A stretch of 64,000 bases of DNA from Escherichia coli. Lineage in GTDB: Bacteria > Pseudomonadota > Gammaproteobacteria > Enterobacterales > Enterobacteriaceae. This document shows positions 21,375 through 36,439 of this stretch, in pieces. The stretch lies in assembly GCF_013122565.1 (NCBI RefSeq), contig NZ_CP053258.1, one strand, 5' to 3'. Every line of letters starts with the position of its first letter. Positions within the stretch are counted from its first letter, which is position 1. Below the pieces are notes generated by a model, which saw only the letters and a program-made list of their open reading frames with translations, was not told the origin of the DNA and ran no database searches. Both the position numbers and the translations under genes were made by a program.

Positions 21375-21504
21375 TGGTACTCCTTAATGATGCGCTATTT
21401 TACAGATGACTAACAAAGTGTTGGTTTTTCATGCCTGATAAACCCAGTTCATCAGGCAATTTTACCGTTGTCAGCTGTCTCTGTTTAAATCGACTATTTT
21501 GCGA

Positions 21505-23412
21505 TCAGCCACCATTTTTTAACGCTTCAAGATACTCCCAGCGTTCAAAGGCTTGCTCCAGTTCCTGTTCTGCGGCAGCCATATCAGCGAGCACTTTTTG
21601 CGTCTGCTCATGCGGCTGACTGAAGAAGGAAGCATCCGCCACCTGCGTCTGTAGGGCTTCCAGCTTCGCCTCCAGATCTTCGAGCAATTGCGGTAGCTGT
21701 TCCAGTTCGCGCTGCAATTTATAGCTTAGTTTGCTACTGCTGCGTTTTACAGTTTCTGCTTTTGGCGCGGCGGTTTCTTCGGTTTTTTTCACCGCAGGCT
21801 GTTTGAGCGCCACATACTGTTCTTGCTGACCACGGGCATCATGATAACCGCCGACATAACGACCAATTTTACCGCCGCCTTCGAAGATCCAGCATTCTGT
21901 AACGGTGTTATCGACAAACTGACGATCGTGGCTAACCAGCAATACCGTGCCCTGATAGCTGTCGATCAGTTCTTCCAGCAGTTCCAGCGTTTCGACATCA
22001 AGATCGTTGGTCGGTTCGTCAAGAATCAATAAGTTGCTTGGTTTGAGGAACAAACGCGCCAGCAGCAAGCGGTTCCGCTCACCGCCAGAAAGCGCACGTA
22101 CCGGCGTCATCGCCCGTTTCGGATGGAACAGGAAGTCCTGCAAATAGCCCAATACGTGGCGTGGCTTGCCGTTAACCATTACCTCTTGCTTACCTTCGGC
22201 AAGGTTATCCATCACCGTTTTATCGGGATCAAGTTCCGCGCGGTGCTGATCGAAATAAGCCACTTCCAGTTTGGTGCCAACGTGAATACGCCCGCTGTCC
22301 GCTTGAAGCTGACCGAGCATCAGTTTCAGCAGCGTGGTTTTGCCGCACCCATTCGGACCAATCAGGGCAATTTTGTCGCCACGTAGAACCTGGGCCGAAA
22401 AATCTTTCACCAGTTGCTTACCGTCAACCTGGTAGCAAACGTCTTCCATTTCGAAAACGATCTTACCGGAGCGGCTGGCCTCTTCCACCTGCATCTTTGC
22501 GGTACCCATCACTTCGCGACGTTCACCACGCTCGCGACGCATCGCTTTCAGGGCGCGTACGCGGCCTTCATTACGGGTACGGCGTGCTTTGATCCCCTGG
22601 CGGATCCACACCTCTTCCTGCGCCAGTTTGCGATCGAACTCGGCATTTTGTAGTTCTTCCACGCGCAGGGCTTCTTCTTTTTCCAGCAGGTACTGGTCGT
22701 AATTGCCGGGATAAGTCACTAACTTGCCGCGATCGAGATCAACAATACGCGTTGCCATATTGCGGATAAACGAACGGTCGTGGGAGATGAAAATAATCGT
22801 CCCGTTGAAAGTTTTCAAAAACCCTTCCAGCCAGTCGATGGTTTCAATATCCAGGTGGTTTGTCGGTTCATCAAGCAACAGCACGCGCGGATTACTCACC
22901 AGCGCGCGTCCTAATGCCGCTTTACGCAACCAGCCGCCGGAAAGCGACGACAGCGCAACGTTAGGATCTAACCCCAGTTGCGCCAGCACTTCGTTGATGC
23001 GGTTTTCCAGTTGCCACAGATTATGATGATCCAGCTGTTCCTGTACTTTCGCCAGTTCGTTGAGATTTTTCTCGCTCGGGTCGTTCATCACCAGGCGCGA
23101 AATATCGTGATAGCGTTTCAGGTACTCGGCCTGCTCTTCGATACCTTCGGCAACGAAATCATAAACGCTGCCCTCAACGTTACGCGGCGGATCCTGTTGC
23201 AGACGAGCCACAATCAAATCTTGCTCGTAAATAATGCGCCCGTCATCCAGCCCCTGTTCACGGTTGAGGATCTTCATTAACGTCGATTTGCCCGCGCCGT
23301 TACGGCCTACCAGACAAACACGTTCGTTATCTTCGATATGCAGTTCTGCGTTATCGAGAAGCGGCGCGTCGCTGAACGACAGCCATGCGCCATGCATACT
23401 GATTAATGACAT
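21505..23412 (-). CDS. uup: ABC-F family ATPase Uup, 635 aa
   Basis: ORF 21505..23412; two ABC cassettes (GRNGAGKST and GPNGCGKTT) plus C-terminal coiled coil. Confidence 0.93.
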   Translation of the reverse strand: MSLISMHGAWLSFSDAPLLDNAELHIEDNERVCLVGRNGAGKSTLMKILNREQGLDDGRIIYEQDLIVARLQQDPPRNVEGSVYDFVAEGIEEQAEYLKRYHDISRLVMNDPSEKNLNELAKVQEQLDHHNLWQLENRINEVLAQLGLDPNVALSSLSGGWLRKAALGRALVSNPRVLLLDEPTNHLDIETIDWLEGFLKTFNGTIIFISHDRSFIRNMATRIVDLDRGKLVTYPGNYDQYLLEKEEALRVEELQNAEFDRKLAQEEVWIRQGIKARRTRNEGRVRALKAMRRERGERREVMGTAKMQVEEASRSGKIVFEMEDVCYQVDGKQLVKDFSAQVLRGDKIALIGPNGCGKTTLLKLMLGQLQADSGRIHVGTKLEVAYFDQHRAELDPDKTVMDNLAEGKQEVMVNGKPRHVLGYLQDFLFHPKRAMTPVRALSGGERNRLLLARLFLKPSNLLILDEPTNDLDVETLELLEELIDSYQGTVLLVSHDRQFVDNTVTECWIFEGGGKIGRYVGGYHDARGQQEQYVALKQPAVKKTEETAAPKAETVKRSSSKLSYKLQRELEQLPQLLEDLEAKLEALQTQVADASFFSQPHEQTQKVLADMAAAEQELEQAFERWEYLEALKNGG

Positions 23413-23423
23413 TACTATTCCTT

Positions 23424-25532
23424 TCAGGCTGCGGTAATCAGCCAGCAGTTGTGGATCTGGCGGTTACGGGCGAAATCCTGAGAGAGCGTTTTTTGCGTAA
23501 TTTCTTGTGCTTTCAGTCCCAGTTTTGCCAGGCCGTCGAGATCCATACGGAAGCCACGTTTGTTGTTCGAGAACATGATCGTCCCACCTGCACGCAGCAG
23601 ACGTTTCAAATCTTTCATCAGCGCCAGATGATCGCGCTGAACATCAAACGCATCTTCCATTCGTTTTGAGTTAGAGAAGGTTGGCGGATCGATAAAGATC
23701 AGATCGAACTGTTCATTTGCCTCACGCAGCCACGCCAGGCAGTCGGCCTGAATCAGGCGATGCGCACGCCCGGTCAGGCCATTCAGACGCAGGTTGCGTT
23801 CTGCCCACTCCAGATAAGTACGCGACATATCCACGGTGGTGGTGCTGCGTGCACCGCCTAATCCCGCATGCACGGTGGCGCTGCCGGTATAAGAGAACAG
23901 GTTGAGAAAATCTTTGCCTTTGCTCATCTGACCGAGCATACGACGGGCGATACGGTGATCGAGGAACAGACCGGTATCGAGGTAATCCGTCAGGTTCACC
24001 CACAAGTGAGCGTTATATTCGGTAACTTCAAGAAACTCGCCCTTCTCGCCCAGTTTCTGGTACTGGTTTTTGCCCTTCTGGCGTTCACGGGTTTTCAGCA
24101 CCAGTTTGTTTGGCGCAATCCCCAGTACCGAAATGGTTGCAGCGATAATATCGAACAGACGCTGACGCGCTTTGTGCGCATCAATAGTTTTTGGCGGCGC
24201 ATACTCCTGCACCACCACCCAGTCGGCATAACGGTCAACGGCAACGTTATATTCTGGCAGATCGGCGTCATACAGGCGGTAACATTCAATCCCTTCCTGG
24301 CGAGCCCACTTCTCGAATTTTTTGAGGTTCTTACGCAGGCGGTTGGCGTAGTCTTCCGCTACCATCGCCGGTTTGCTGTCTGGAGTGCTTTCGGCAACGT
24401 GGTAATTTTTCTGTACACAGTCCAGCGGGCCGTTTTTCGCCTTGTACTGTTTGTCTGCACGCAGCTGCAAGCAGCTTAGCAGATCCGGCGAGGCACTAAA
24501 CAAAGAGAGATTCCAGCCACCAAACTGGTTTTTCATGATCCGACCCAGCAGGCTATGCAGCGCAATCAGCGCCGGTTCGCTGTCCAGACGTTCACCGTAT
24601 GGCGGGTTGCTCAACACTGTACCGTACGGCCCTTTCGGCAGCGGATTGGTCAGTTGCGCGACATCTTTCACCTCAAAGGTGATCAGTTCACCAATCCCCG
24701 CAAGACGGGCGTTAGTGCGCGCACGTTGAATCACCCGTGCGTCGCTGTCCGAACCGTAAAAATGAGAGCTATACTCAGCCAGGCCTTTACGGGCGCGAGT
24801 TTGCGCTTCCGCTTTCACTTCCTGCCAGATAGCTTCATCATGCTGCGCCCAGCCGCTAAAGCCCCAACGCCCACGGTGCAAGCCTGGTGCGCGATCGGTC
24901 GCCAGCATCGCCGCTTCAATCAGCAACGTACCGGAACCACACATCGGATCAAGCAGCGGTGTTCCTGGCTGCCAGCCAGATCGCATCACAATAGCGGCTG
25001 CCAGGGTTTCTTTGATCGGCGCAATACCAGCACGATCGCGATAGCCACGCAGATGTAAACCATCACCACTCAGATCAAGGGCGATACTGGCGGTTTCTTT
25101 ATGCAGCCAGACGTTAACGCGGATATCCGGCGCATCGCGATCAACATTTGGACGCGGCAGATTTTTCCGCGTGAAAGCATCGACGATCGCGTCTTTCACT
25201 TTCATCGCGCCGTACTGACTGTTGCGGATGGTGTCATTCAAACCACTGAAGTGGACAGCGAAGGTCGCGCCAGGATTAAACATCTCTGTCCAGTTGATCG
25301 CCTGAACACCGAGATAGAGGTCTAAATCGCTGTAAACCTTACACTCGCCCAGCGGCAACATAATACGCGAGGCCAGGCGGCTCCACATCAGGCTCTGGTA
25401 AACAAGCCGTGTGTCGCCCTTGAAATGGACCCCACCCTGAACCACCTGGCATTCAACGGCCCCCAGGTTTTCCAGTTCAGTTTTTAACAGCTCTTCCAGC
25501 CCACGGGCCGTACTGGCAAACAGAGAATTCAT
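23424..25532 (-). CDS. rlmL: Bifunctional 23S rRNA m2G2445/m7G2069 methyltransferase RlmKL, 702 aa
   Basis: ORF 23424..25532; [20 protein letters not shown]. Confidence 0.93.
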   Translation of the reverse strand: MNSLFASTARGLEELLKTELENLGAVECQVVQGGVHFKGDTRLVYQSLMWSRLASRIMLPLGECKVYSDLDLYLGVQAINWTEMFNPGATFAVHFSGLNDTIRNSQYGAMKVKDAIVDAFTRKNLPRPNVDRDAPDIRVNVWLHKETASIALDLSGDGLHLRGYRDRAGIAPIKETLAAAIVMRSGWQPGTPLLDPMCGSGTLLIEAAMLATDRAPGLHRGRWGFSGWAQHDEAIWQEVKAEAQTRARKGLAEYSSHFYGSDSDARVIQRARTNARLAGIGELITFEVKDVAQLTNPLPKGPYGTVLSNPPYGERLDSEPALIALHSLLGRIMKNQFGGWNLSLFSASPDLLSCLQLRADKQYKAKNGPLDCVQKNYHVAESTPDSKPAMVAEDYANRLRKNLKKFEKWARQEGIECYRLYDADLPEYNVAVDRYADWVVVQEYAPPKTIDAHKARQRLFDIIAATISVLGIAPNKLVLKTRERQKGKNQYQKLGEKGEFLEVTEYNAHLWVNLTDYLDTGLFLDHRIARRMLGQMSKGKDFLNLFSYTGSATVHAGLGGARSTTTVDMSRTYLEWAERNLRLNGLTGRAHRLIQADCLAWLREANEQFDLIFIDPPTFSNSKRMEDAFDVQRDHLALMKDLKRLLRAGGTIMFSNNKRGFRMDLDGLAKLGLKAQEITQKTLSQDFARNRQIHNCWLITAA

Positions 25533-25775
25533 ATCGTCACTTTTACTCTAAGAGCCCACCGCAGTAGGCGTAATTGTTGCAGTCAGTCTGAACATGGACA
25601 GCGCGGAGAAACCGGAGCGTACACAAGTACGTGAGGATTTCGAGCACAACCCAGGGCCAAACTGACAAATAAAATAGCCTAATGGGACAGGCGCTAAGAA
25701 AATTGTTGCGCATTATAGCTAATAAGCGCGTCATGTCATAAAGTTGAGGGCTTATTTTCATTTGAGGACCGCACC

Positions 25776-26885
25776 GTGGCGACATTAACCCGGCTTTTTA
25801 TTCATCCTGTTAAATCGATGCGCGGCATTGGTCTTACACATGCTCTGGCAGATGTCAGTGGTCTGGCCTTTGATCGCATCTTTATGATTACGGAACCTGA
25901 TGGTACGTTTATTACCGCTCGCCAGTTTCCCCAGATGGTACGGTTTACTCCTTCACCTGTGCATGATGGCTTGCATCTCACCGCACCAGATGGCAGTAGC
26001 GCATATGTCCGTTTTGCTGATTTCGCCACACAAGACGCACCAACCGAAGTTTGGGGCACACATTTTACCGCGCGAATTGCGCCAGACGCGATCAACAAAT
26101 GGCTAAGTGGATTTCTCTCCCGCGAAGTGCAGTTGCGCTGGGTGGGGCCACAAATGACCCGGCGCGTGAAACGCCACAATACTGTACCCCTGTCATTTGC
26201 TGATGGCTATCCTTACCTTCTTGCTAACGAAGCCTCGTTACGTGATCTCCAACAACGTTGTCCGGCCAGTGTAAAAATGGAGCAATTCCGCCCCAATCTG
26301 GTGGTTTCCGGCGCGTCAGCCTGGGAAGAAGATCGCTGGAAAGTGATTCGCATTGGTGATGTGGTGTTTGATGTGGTTAAACCTTGTAGCCGCTGTATTT
26401 TCACCACCGTCAGCCCAGAAAAAGGGCAAAAACATCCGGCAGGCGAACCATTAAAAACATTGCAATCTTTCCGCACTGCCCAGGATAACGGCGATGTCGA
26501 TTTTGGTCAGAATTTAATTGCCCGTAATAGCGGCGTGATTCGCGTTGGCGATGAGGTGGAAATTCTGGCAACGGCTCCGGCAAAAATTTACGGCGCAGCT
26601 GCCGCTGATGATACCGCCAACATCACGCAACAACCGGACGCAAATGTAGATATTGACTGGCAGGGACAGGCATTTCGTGGAAATAACCAACAAGTGTTGC
26701 TGGAGCAATTAGAAAATCAGGGAATTCGTATCCCTTATTCTTGCCGCGCGGGCATTTGTGGAAGTTGCCGTGTTCAGCTTTTAGAAGGCGAAGTCACGCC
26801 GCTGAAAAAATCAGCAATGGGCGATGATGGCACCATTCTTTGCTGTAGCTGTGTACCGAAGACTGCACTTAAGTTGGCGCGTTAG
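25776..26885 (+). CDS. ycbX: MOSC-domain 2Fe-2S protein YcbX, 369 aa, GTG start
   Basis: ORF 25776..26885; C-terminal ferredoxin-like [11 protein letters not shown]; first codon GTG. Confidence 0.9.
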   Translation: MATLTRLFIHPVKSMRGIGLTHALADVSGLAFDRIFMITEPDGTFITARQFPQMVRFTPSPVHDGLHLTAPDGSSAYVRFADFATQDAPTEVWGTHFTARIAPDAINKWLSGFLSREVQLRWVGPQMTRRVKRHNTVPLSFADGYPYLLANEASLRDLQQRCPASVKMEQFRPNLVVSGASAWEEDRWKVIRIGDVVFDVVKPCSRCIFTTVSPEKGQKHPAGEPLKTLQSFRTAQDNGDVDFGQNLIARNSGVIRVGDEVEILATAPAKIYGAAAADDTANITQQPDANVDIDWQGQAFRGNNQQVLLEQLENQGIRIPYSCRAGICGSCRVQLLEGEVTPLKKSAMGDDGTILCCSCVPKTALKLAR

Positions 26886-27424
26886 ACTGCCTGTTCGAGG
26901 CTGAAGCTGTCCGCATTAACCTGCGGTTTCAGCCTGTCGTTCATGATTTTAATGGCGTCGCCCAACTGCATCGCTCGACCCGCAATAACAACGCAGGGTT
27001 GTGCCAGCAGGCATAGTGCGGCATTTTCGCCTGATTCAACGACCAGCAAATTGACCTGCTCGTGAGTATCGCTCAACCAAACGCAGGCCGCATCGCCCGG
27101 CATGGGCACCCACATTTCGCCATGGGAAACAAAATGCCAGCTTTTCGGCATTTGCGGTTTGAGATAACGAATTGCTACCAGTGCATTCAGCACCAGTTCG
27201 GCTTTTTGGTCTTTAGATAAATTAAAATCGCGGCACTTTTCTTCAAAAGAGAAATAGAGCGCGGCATCATCAACGCAAAAGCCTGCGGGAGAAAAGGCAT
27301 CTGGAGTCAACATTTTGCGCGCAAAACGTGAGCGAAATAGCATACCATTGGCTAAATCGAGCATCATTCGATCGTGCTCTTCATCGTAATACCAACGCCA
27401 GTTATCGTCTGGTTTAATTCGCAT
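26882..27424 (-). CDS. zapC: Z-ring associated protein ZapC, 180 aa
   Basis: ORF 26882..27460 trimmed to [24 protein letters not shown]; ATG confirmed 27422-27424. Confidence 0.9.
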   Translation of the reverse strand: MRIKPDDNWRWYYDEEHDRMMLDLANGMLFRSRFARKMLTPDAFSPAGFCVDDAALYFSFEEKCRDFNLSKDQKAELVLNALVAIRYLKPQMPKSWHFVSHGEMWVPMPGDAACVWLSDTHEQVNLLVVESGENAALCLLAQPCVVIAGRAMQLGDAIKIMNDRLKPQVNADSFSLEQAV

Positions 27425-27597
27425 CTGCCTCTCCCCTACCCTATAAAACCGCAGCAACACAATCCATTGTCGCTTCGCTTAATAACCTCAACAATAAAAG
27501 TACAAAATGTCTAAATAAGCAACAGCGATGAATATAAAACAACCAGGGCTGAAAATAAAGCCCTGATTATCTTATAAAGAGGAATTCGAAGAAATAA

Positions 27598-28608
27598 TTA
27601 GATATGGGTAACGATTTCTTTAATCAGCGGCGGACCTTTAAAAATAAAACCAGAATAAATTTGCACCAGTGAGGCACCCGCAGCAATCTTTTCACGCGCA
27701 GCGATAACCGAGTCGATGCCGCCAACACCGATGATCGGTAAGCGACCGTTTAATTCCAGTGACAAGCGGCGAATAATTTCGGTGCTTTTTAACTGAAGCG
27801 GACGACCACTTAAGCCACCGGTTTGATCGCAATTTTTCATTCCCTGAACGAGGGAACGATCGAGTGTGGTATTGGTTGCAATAACGCCATCAATATTATG
27901 GCGAACTAAACTATCGGCAACCTGGATCAATTCTTCTTCAGAAAGATCCGGCGCGATCTTCACTGCGATCGGCACATATTTATGGTGCATCGCTTGCAAA
28001 TCATTTTGCTTATTTTTAATCGCGGTTAAGAGATCATCCAGCGCTTCACCATATTGCAGAGTGCGTAATCCTGGGGTATTCGGCGATGAAATATTGATGG
28101 CGATATATCCCGCATAGGCATAGATTTTTTCCATACAAATCAGATAGTCATCTTTGCCCTGCTCCACTGGCGTATCTTTATTTTTGCCGATATTAATACC
28201 CAGGACGCCGTCATAATGGGCCTTTTTTACGTTCTCTACGAGGTTATCAACGCCAAGATTATTAAAGCCCATACGGTTGATCAAACCTTCGGCATCTACC
28301 AGACGAAAGAGACGGGGCTTGTCATTACCTGGCTGTGGACGTGGCGTGACGGTACCGATCTCGATCGATCCAAATCCCATCGCGCCTAACGCGTCAATGC
28401 ACTCCCCGTCTTTATCAAGACCGGCTGCCAGACCAAGCGGATTTTTAAACGTCAGGCCCATGCAGTTAACAGGTTTCGCAGGCACTTTCTGCCGCACCAG
28501 TGCTTCAAACGGCGTTCCGGTAATGCGGCGTAATTGCTGAAAAGTAAACTCATGAGCGCGCTCTGGATCGAGCTGGAAAAGGGCTTTACGAACGAAGGGG
28601 TAGTACAT
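27598..28608 (-). CDS. pyrD: Dihydroorotate dehydrogenase (quinone) PyrD, 336 aa
   Basis: ORF 27598..28635 trimmed to [21 protein letters not shown]; ATG confirmed 28606-28608. Confidence 0.95.
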
Positions 28609-28694
28609 GAACTCTCCTGGATTCCCGGTGTGCAAACCGGGGGCGTATTATGTGCGAGTTCGGACCAAAAGGGAATTGACCTGCGGCAAAAAAA

Positions 28695-28708
28695 ACGCAA
28701 ACGTTTTC
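28695..28708. promoter_or_regulatory. PurR-box-like operator upstream of pyrD
   Basis: ACGCAAACGTTTTC matches the purine repressor operator core (ACGCAAACGTTT...); about 90 nt upstream of the pyrD ATG. Confidence 0.6.
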
Positions 28709-28718
28709 CGAACCTGTT

Positions 28719-29429
28719 TCAGGGCAGATTTTGCTCCTTCTTTGCACTCAACCCGCCGTAATCATTTATCGCCCGCCAGGCGACATGACACGGTGCGATT
28801 GCCTGACACCAGCTTGTCTGACGCTGGCTTTTAGGCGGCACAACTCCCGCATTACTAAACGCTTTACCATTTACGCTCACCTGAATCAGGTTAATGTAGT
28901 AAGGCGTTGGGTTAGTGAGTTGTACACCCTGCGAATTCCGTGTCCAGCGTAATTGTTGATAAGCTTCCAGCGGGTCGCCCGGCAAACCTTCGGGTCGCCA
29001 GAACAGTTTAAATACCGAGCGCATCGCCACTTTTACGCTCTGATTTTCAACTTTGCCGGATGGCACGCTGGCAATGCTTAACTCAAATAGCGTTTCGCGA
29101 TCCACAGGCAAGATGTCGCTTTCCGTTCTCAGCAAGCGCAACGTGCCTGTAGTACCGGGCTTCAGGAGAATAAGTGGCGGAGCGGCCAGTAATGGTGCTG
29201 GCACTGTCGACGCTTCACCCCCGGCCCAACGCGTTGGTCGATTGATTTTACTGTTAATAAGCCAGGATTCCTGACTGGTATTAGTCAGTAAAATAGATAT
29301 TGATTCTCTGTCTGCCGGAAAGATAAATCGCGTTCCGCCGACCACCACTCCTGCCTGCAATTCACCCGCCACCAGCAGCGATAAAACGGCGAAAATCAAG
29401 AGCGCCAATCTGTTCCACGTATTAGTCAT
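28719..29429 (-). CDS. ycbF: Periplasmic pilus chaperone (PapD-like) YcbF, about 236 aa
   Basis: ORF 28719..29456; start set at MTNTWNRLALLIFAVLSLL (ATG 29427-29429); chaperone-like sequence. Confidence 0.8.
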   Translation of the reverse strand: MTNTWNRLALLIFAVLSLLVAGELQAGVVVGGTRFIFPADRESISILLTNTSQESWLINSKINRPTRWAGGEASTVPAPLLAAPPLILLKPGTTGTLRLLRTESDILPVDRETLFELSIASVPSGKVENQSVKVAMRSVFKLFWRPEGLPGDPLEAYQQLRWTRNSQGVQLTNPTPYYINLIQVSVNGKAFSNAGVVPPKSQRQTSWCQAIAPCHVAWRAINDYGGLSAKKEQNLP

Positions 29430-29937
29430 AATGAAGTACAAATGTCGCGCTGGCATTCACTTTACCCGACTGCACATCGCTATTGACAGGTCGCAATTGC
29501 GCATAAAAAGTTAATGGCACCTTACCGCTATGTAGGCTGTAGTCTTTACTCGCCTGGTTAAGCGGAATCAATATCTTCGCATCATCCAGAATCGCAATTG
29601 CCAGCCCGCTGGCTGCATCCGTACCACTTTCAATGGACAGCATTTCGCTCTGCACTCCATCGGGGGCTCCTGAAAAGGTGACGTCAACCGTGCTGACATC
29701 TGTTCCGCAATCCTGCAAATTAATGATGAAAGATTTCTCCGGGCCATAATTCCCATGAGAAAAACGTGTCAGCGAGACATCGCCTAACTGCACATTGATT
29801 TGCTTGCTATCCTGTGCCAGCACGCATGTATTACGGCGAAACGATCCGCTAATGTTGACCGTGCCATCATGGGCAAATAGCTCACAGCCCCACGTTAATC
29901 CCAGTAAGAACAGAATCCAGATTATCCGTTTCAACAT
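29422..29937 (-). CDS. ycbV: Fimbrial subunit-like protein YcbV, about 171 aa
   Basis: ORF 29422..29985; start set at MLKRIIWILFLLGL signal (ATG 29935-29937); C-terminal ATFVLHYD pilin-like strand. Confidence 0.8.
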   Translation of the reverse strand: MLKRIIWILFLLGLTWGCELFAHDGTVNISGSFRRNTCVLAQDSKQINVQLGDVSLTRFSHGNYGPEKSFIINLQDCGTDVSTVDVTFSGAPDGVQSEMLSIESGTDAASGLAIAILDDAKILIPLNQASKDYSLHSGKVPLTFYAQLRPVNSDVQSGKVNASATFVLHYD

Positions 29938-29944
29938 CACTCCT

Positions 29945-30487
29945 TCACTGGTAAACCAGATCAAAATAGAGAACCGCCGTCGCATTACCGCCCGTTGCTC
30001 CCGCCTTTGTGGACTTATAACGAAGTTGATATTTGAGTGTGTTATCCCCGGCTTTTAAGGGCGTAAGAGGCTGGACCTGATTGAGCGGGATTTCTTGCTG
30101 ACTTTGCGCATCAAGAATTTGCACGGCAATCCCCGTTGCCATACCACCGCTTCCGCCTGTGTCAGTTAGTTTGAGCAGTGTTGGCGCAAGGGTGTCAGCC
30201 TCGCCGCTAAAAAGAACGTCCGCGCCAGTAATACCAGCGGCACAACCGGTGATATCGATATTCAAATCGGCAGCAGTGCTTACGGTATTCGCGACCTGAA
30301 AATCACTGATATTAAAATCGCCAATATGAATATTTTGTAATGCACTTTTGGTGGCGACATCACAGCCCTGATCGACCACATTCCCATAAATATGCATACT
30401 AACTTGTTCAGGCCCAGCCATCCCGACATGGATGTTAAGAAGGCTAAAGAACAAGATAACGCACTGAAATATCGTTTTTTTCTTCAT
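29945..30487 (-). CDS. ycbU: Fimbrial subunit-like protein YcbU, 180 aa
   Basis: ORF 29945..30487; signal peptide; C-terminal AVLYFDLVYQ. Confidence 0.85.
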   Translation of the reverse strand: MKKKTIFQCVILFFSLLNIHVGMAGPEQVSMHIYGNVVDQGCDVATKSALQNIHIGDFNISDFQVANTVSTAADLNIDITGCAAGITGADVLFSGEADTLAPTLLKLTDTGGSGGMATGIAVQILDAQSQQEIPLNQVQPLTPLKAGDNTLKYQLRYKSTKAGATGGNATAVLYFDLVYQ

Positions 30488-30498
30488 ACGTTCACGCG

Positions 30499-34160
<3,662 letters not shown>

Positions 34161-34184
34161 CTCGCTCTCTTAACTGAAGACGTC

Positions 34185-34886
34185 TTACGATTTACAGTTG
34201 AGTTGCGGCGTTTCCGCCCCGTAGTCATTGATAGTTCGGTACGTTACGCTGCTGCTTTGTGCTCCCTTTGGCAGAGAGAATTGGTATTTATCAAAGGGAG
34301 AAATCATTTGATTTTTAACTACTTTTCCACCAATTTTCAGGTCTGTCAGGGTAATGAAATAAGGTGTTGGGTTACTGACCGTAACCATGTCAGCTGACGA
34401 AGTGCAACGCAGTTTCGCCGGAGCCTCGGCTAAGGGATACGCTAAACCTTTTGGTCGCCAGAAAAGTTTGATGACGCTTTGTGTGGCAATCTTCAGGGTA
34501 TTTCCCTCTTCCCGCTTCGTTGTTGAAGGGACTGCCCGTACGCTAGTGAAGAAAAGGGTTTCTCTGTCTTTCGGCAACGGCGCGCCAATGTACATAATGC
34601 GTAACAGATTCTCATTTGCCGGATTCAGCACAAATAGCGGTGGTGTAATAATAAAGTCTGCTGATTTTTTATTATCTGGGGTCATCACCCATGACTGAAT
34701 AAGATAAGGAACATCCGGACTGGTGTTACGTACACCCAGTGAAATTTGCTCTTCACCTTCTGAATAAACAAGACGTGTTGCTGCAAGTCCAATCCCGCCT
34801 TTACCTGCCGCCCATGCGGATGAGCAGCTGAGCAATATTGCCGTTAAACTTACGGTCACAATTCCCTTTGTTATGCAAGTTTTCAT
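34185..34886 (-). CDS. elfD: Periplasmic fimbrial chaperone ElfD (YcbR), 233 aa
   Basis: ORF 34185..34886; PapD-like chaperone sequence. Confidence 0.9.
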   Translation of the reverse strand: MKTCITKGIVTVSLTAILLSCSSAWAAGKGGIGLAATRLVYSEGEEQISLGVRNTSPDVPYLIQSWVMTPDNKKSADFIITPPLFVLNPANENLLRIMYIGAPLPKDRETLFFTSVRAVPSTTKREEGNTLKIATQSVIKLFWRPKGLAYPLAEAPAKLRCTSSADMVTVSNPTPYFITLTDLKIGGKVVKNQMISPFDKYQFSLPKGAQSSSVTYRTINDYGAETPQLNCKS

Positions 34887-34968
34887 AAATAGTCACTCTT
34901 AAAAAATATGAATATCCCCTCCAGAACACTGGAGGGGTACTAATTAATAAAACAATTAATGAGTTCTA

Positions 34969-35508
34969 TTAATAATAGTTAATATGGAAATTTGTTACCG
35001 CATTCACATTACCAGAAGTCGCTTTCCCCGTAGCGATATAATCAACTTTAAAAGTCAACGTCTGATCTCCATCTTGCAACAAAATGTTCCCGGTTTCTGT
35101 GTCTGGCGTGATGGCCGTTCTACCATCATTCATATACATTTGCAGGGCCACGTTTGTAGCAGCATCAGATGAGGCCTGGTTAGCAAACGCTGTAATCTGA
35201 GTAGTATCCGCAGTGCCATTAAAGGTGAACGTTGCATTTTTTGTTACGGTAGTATCACAATCTTTTAATTCAATTGGCACATCAGTTTGCACGCCAGAAA
35301 CCTGACCATTGGTTTGCAACTTCGTGGCACTAACATCTGGCAAAGTCACCACGGAATCTTTCGTCGCAGCGACCAGAGTACAAGCTGGAGCAATAACTTT
35401 ACCATTAAATGTTACTGAGCCATCCGTGATAGCATTATCATCAGCAGCCATAACGCTGGACGTTGCACATACCACAGTTATAAACGCCGTCAATACACTT
35501 TTTTTCAT
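34969..35508 (-). CDS. elfA: Major fimbrial subunit ElfA (YcbQ), 179 aa
   Basis: ORF 34969..35517 trimmed to MKKSVLTAFITVVCATSSVMA; ATG confirmed 35506-35508; C-terminal VTNFHINYY. Confidence 0.88.
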   Translation of the reverse strand: MKKSVLTAFITVVCATSSVMAADDNAITDGSVTFNGKVIAPACTLVAATKDSVVTLPDVSATKLQTNGQVSGVQTDVPIELKDCDTTVTKNATFTFNGTADTTQITAFANQASSDAATNVALQMYMNDGRTAITPDTETGNILLQDGDQTLTFKVDYIATGKATSGNVNAVTNFHINYY

Positions 35509-35863
35509 CGTTATCATCCTGATCTCTTCGTAAATATGATAATGCCTTTAAATGACATTAGACTTAATAATAACAATAATTGTCCGCCATTTAAATCAAG
35601 CATACTAAATCCAATAAGTGACAAATCTTTAATTTATAGATTTCATGAATATTTAAATATTAACTGAACGAGTAATTCATTGATTCAACATCTAATGACT
35701 ATCCAATAAATCAATATGCGTGATATATAAAGCCCTTTCTTTAGTTTATTTTCAGAAAAAGATACACAAAATTTATATTTGGCATTTTCTTGTCTCTCCG
35801 ACAGACTGACCGAATTGTTATCAATGTTAACAAAAAAAGAACAATTGGTTATAAGGAGAGAGT
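35509..35863. promoter_or_regulatory. AT-rich divergent control region between elfA and ssuE
   Basis: 355 bp visibly AT-rich with A/T tracts; holds promoters for both divergent operons. Confidence 0.6.
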
Positions 35864-36439
35864 ATGCGTGTCATCACCCTGGCGGGTAGTCCTCGCTTTC
35901 CTTCTCGCTCCAGCTCCTTGCTGGAATATGCGCGGGAAAAACTAAATGGCCTGGATGTAGAGGTTTATCACTGGAATCTGCAAAACTTCGCCCCGGAAGA
36001 TCTACTTTATGCTCGTTTCGATAGTCCGGCACTCAAGACCTTCACCGAACAGCTGCAACAGGCCGATGGGCTGATTGTCGCCACGCCTGTGTATAAAACC
36101 GCCTATTCCGGTGCGCTGAAAACCCTGCTCGACCTGCTGCCAGAACGCGCTTTGCAAGGCAAAGTGGTGCTACCGCTGGCGACGGGCGGTACGGTGGCTC
36201 ATCTGCTGGCGGTCGATTATGCCCTTAAGCCAGTTTTAAGTACGATGAAAGCCCAGGAGATCCTGCACGGCGTGTTTGCCGATGACTCACAAGTTATTGA
36301 TTACCATCACAAACCCCAGTTCACGCCAAATCTGCAAACCCGTCTTGATACCGCGCTAGAAACTTTCTGGCAGGCATTGCACCGCCGCGATGTTCAGGTT
36401 CCTGACCTTCTGTCTCTGCGAGGTAATGTCCATGCGTAA
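35864..36439 (+). CDS. ssuE: NADPH-dependent FMN reductase SsuE, 191 aa
   Basis: ORF 35864..36439; preceded by AAGGAGAG. Confidence 0.93.
   Translation: MRVITLAGSPRFPSRSSSLLEYAREKLNGLDVEVYHWNLQNFAPEDLLYARFDSPALKTFTEQLQQADGLIVATPVYKTAYSGALKTLLDLLPERALQGKVVLPLATGGTVAHLLAVDYALKPVLSTMKAQEILHGVFADDSQVIDYHHKPQFTPNLQTRLDTALETFWQALHRRDVQVPDLLSLRGNVHA

Noticed and set aside
25543-25785. 80-aa minus-strand ORF filling the rlmL-ycbX divergent intergenic region
   Set aside because: No Shine-Dalgarno-like sequence before its ATG, Cys/Leu-rich odd composition, and it overlaps the ycbX start; more likely promoter sequence read as protein.
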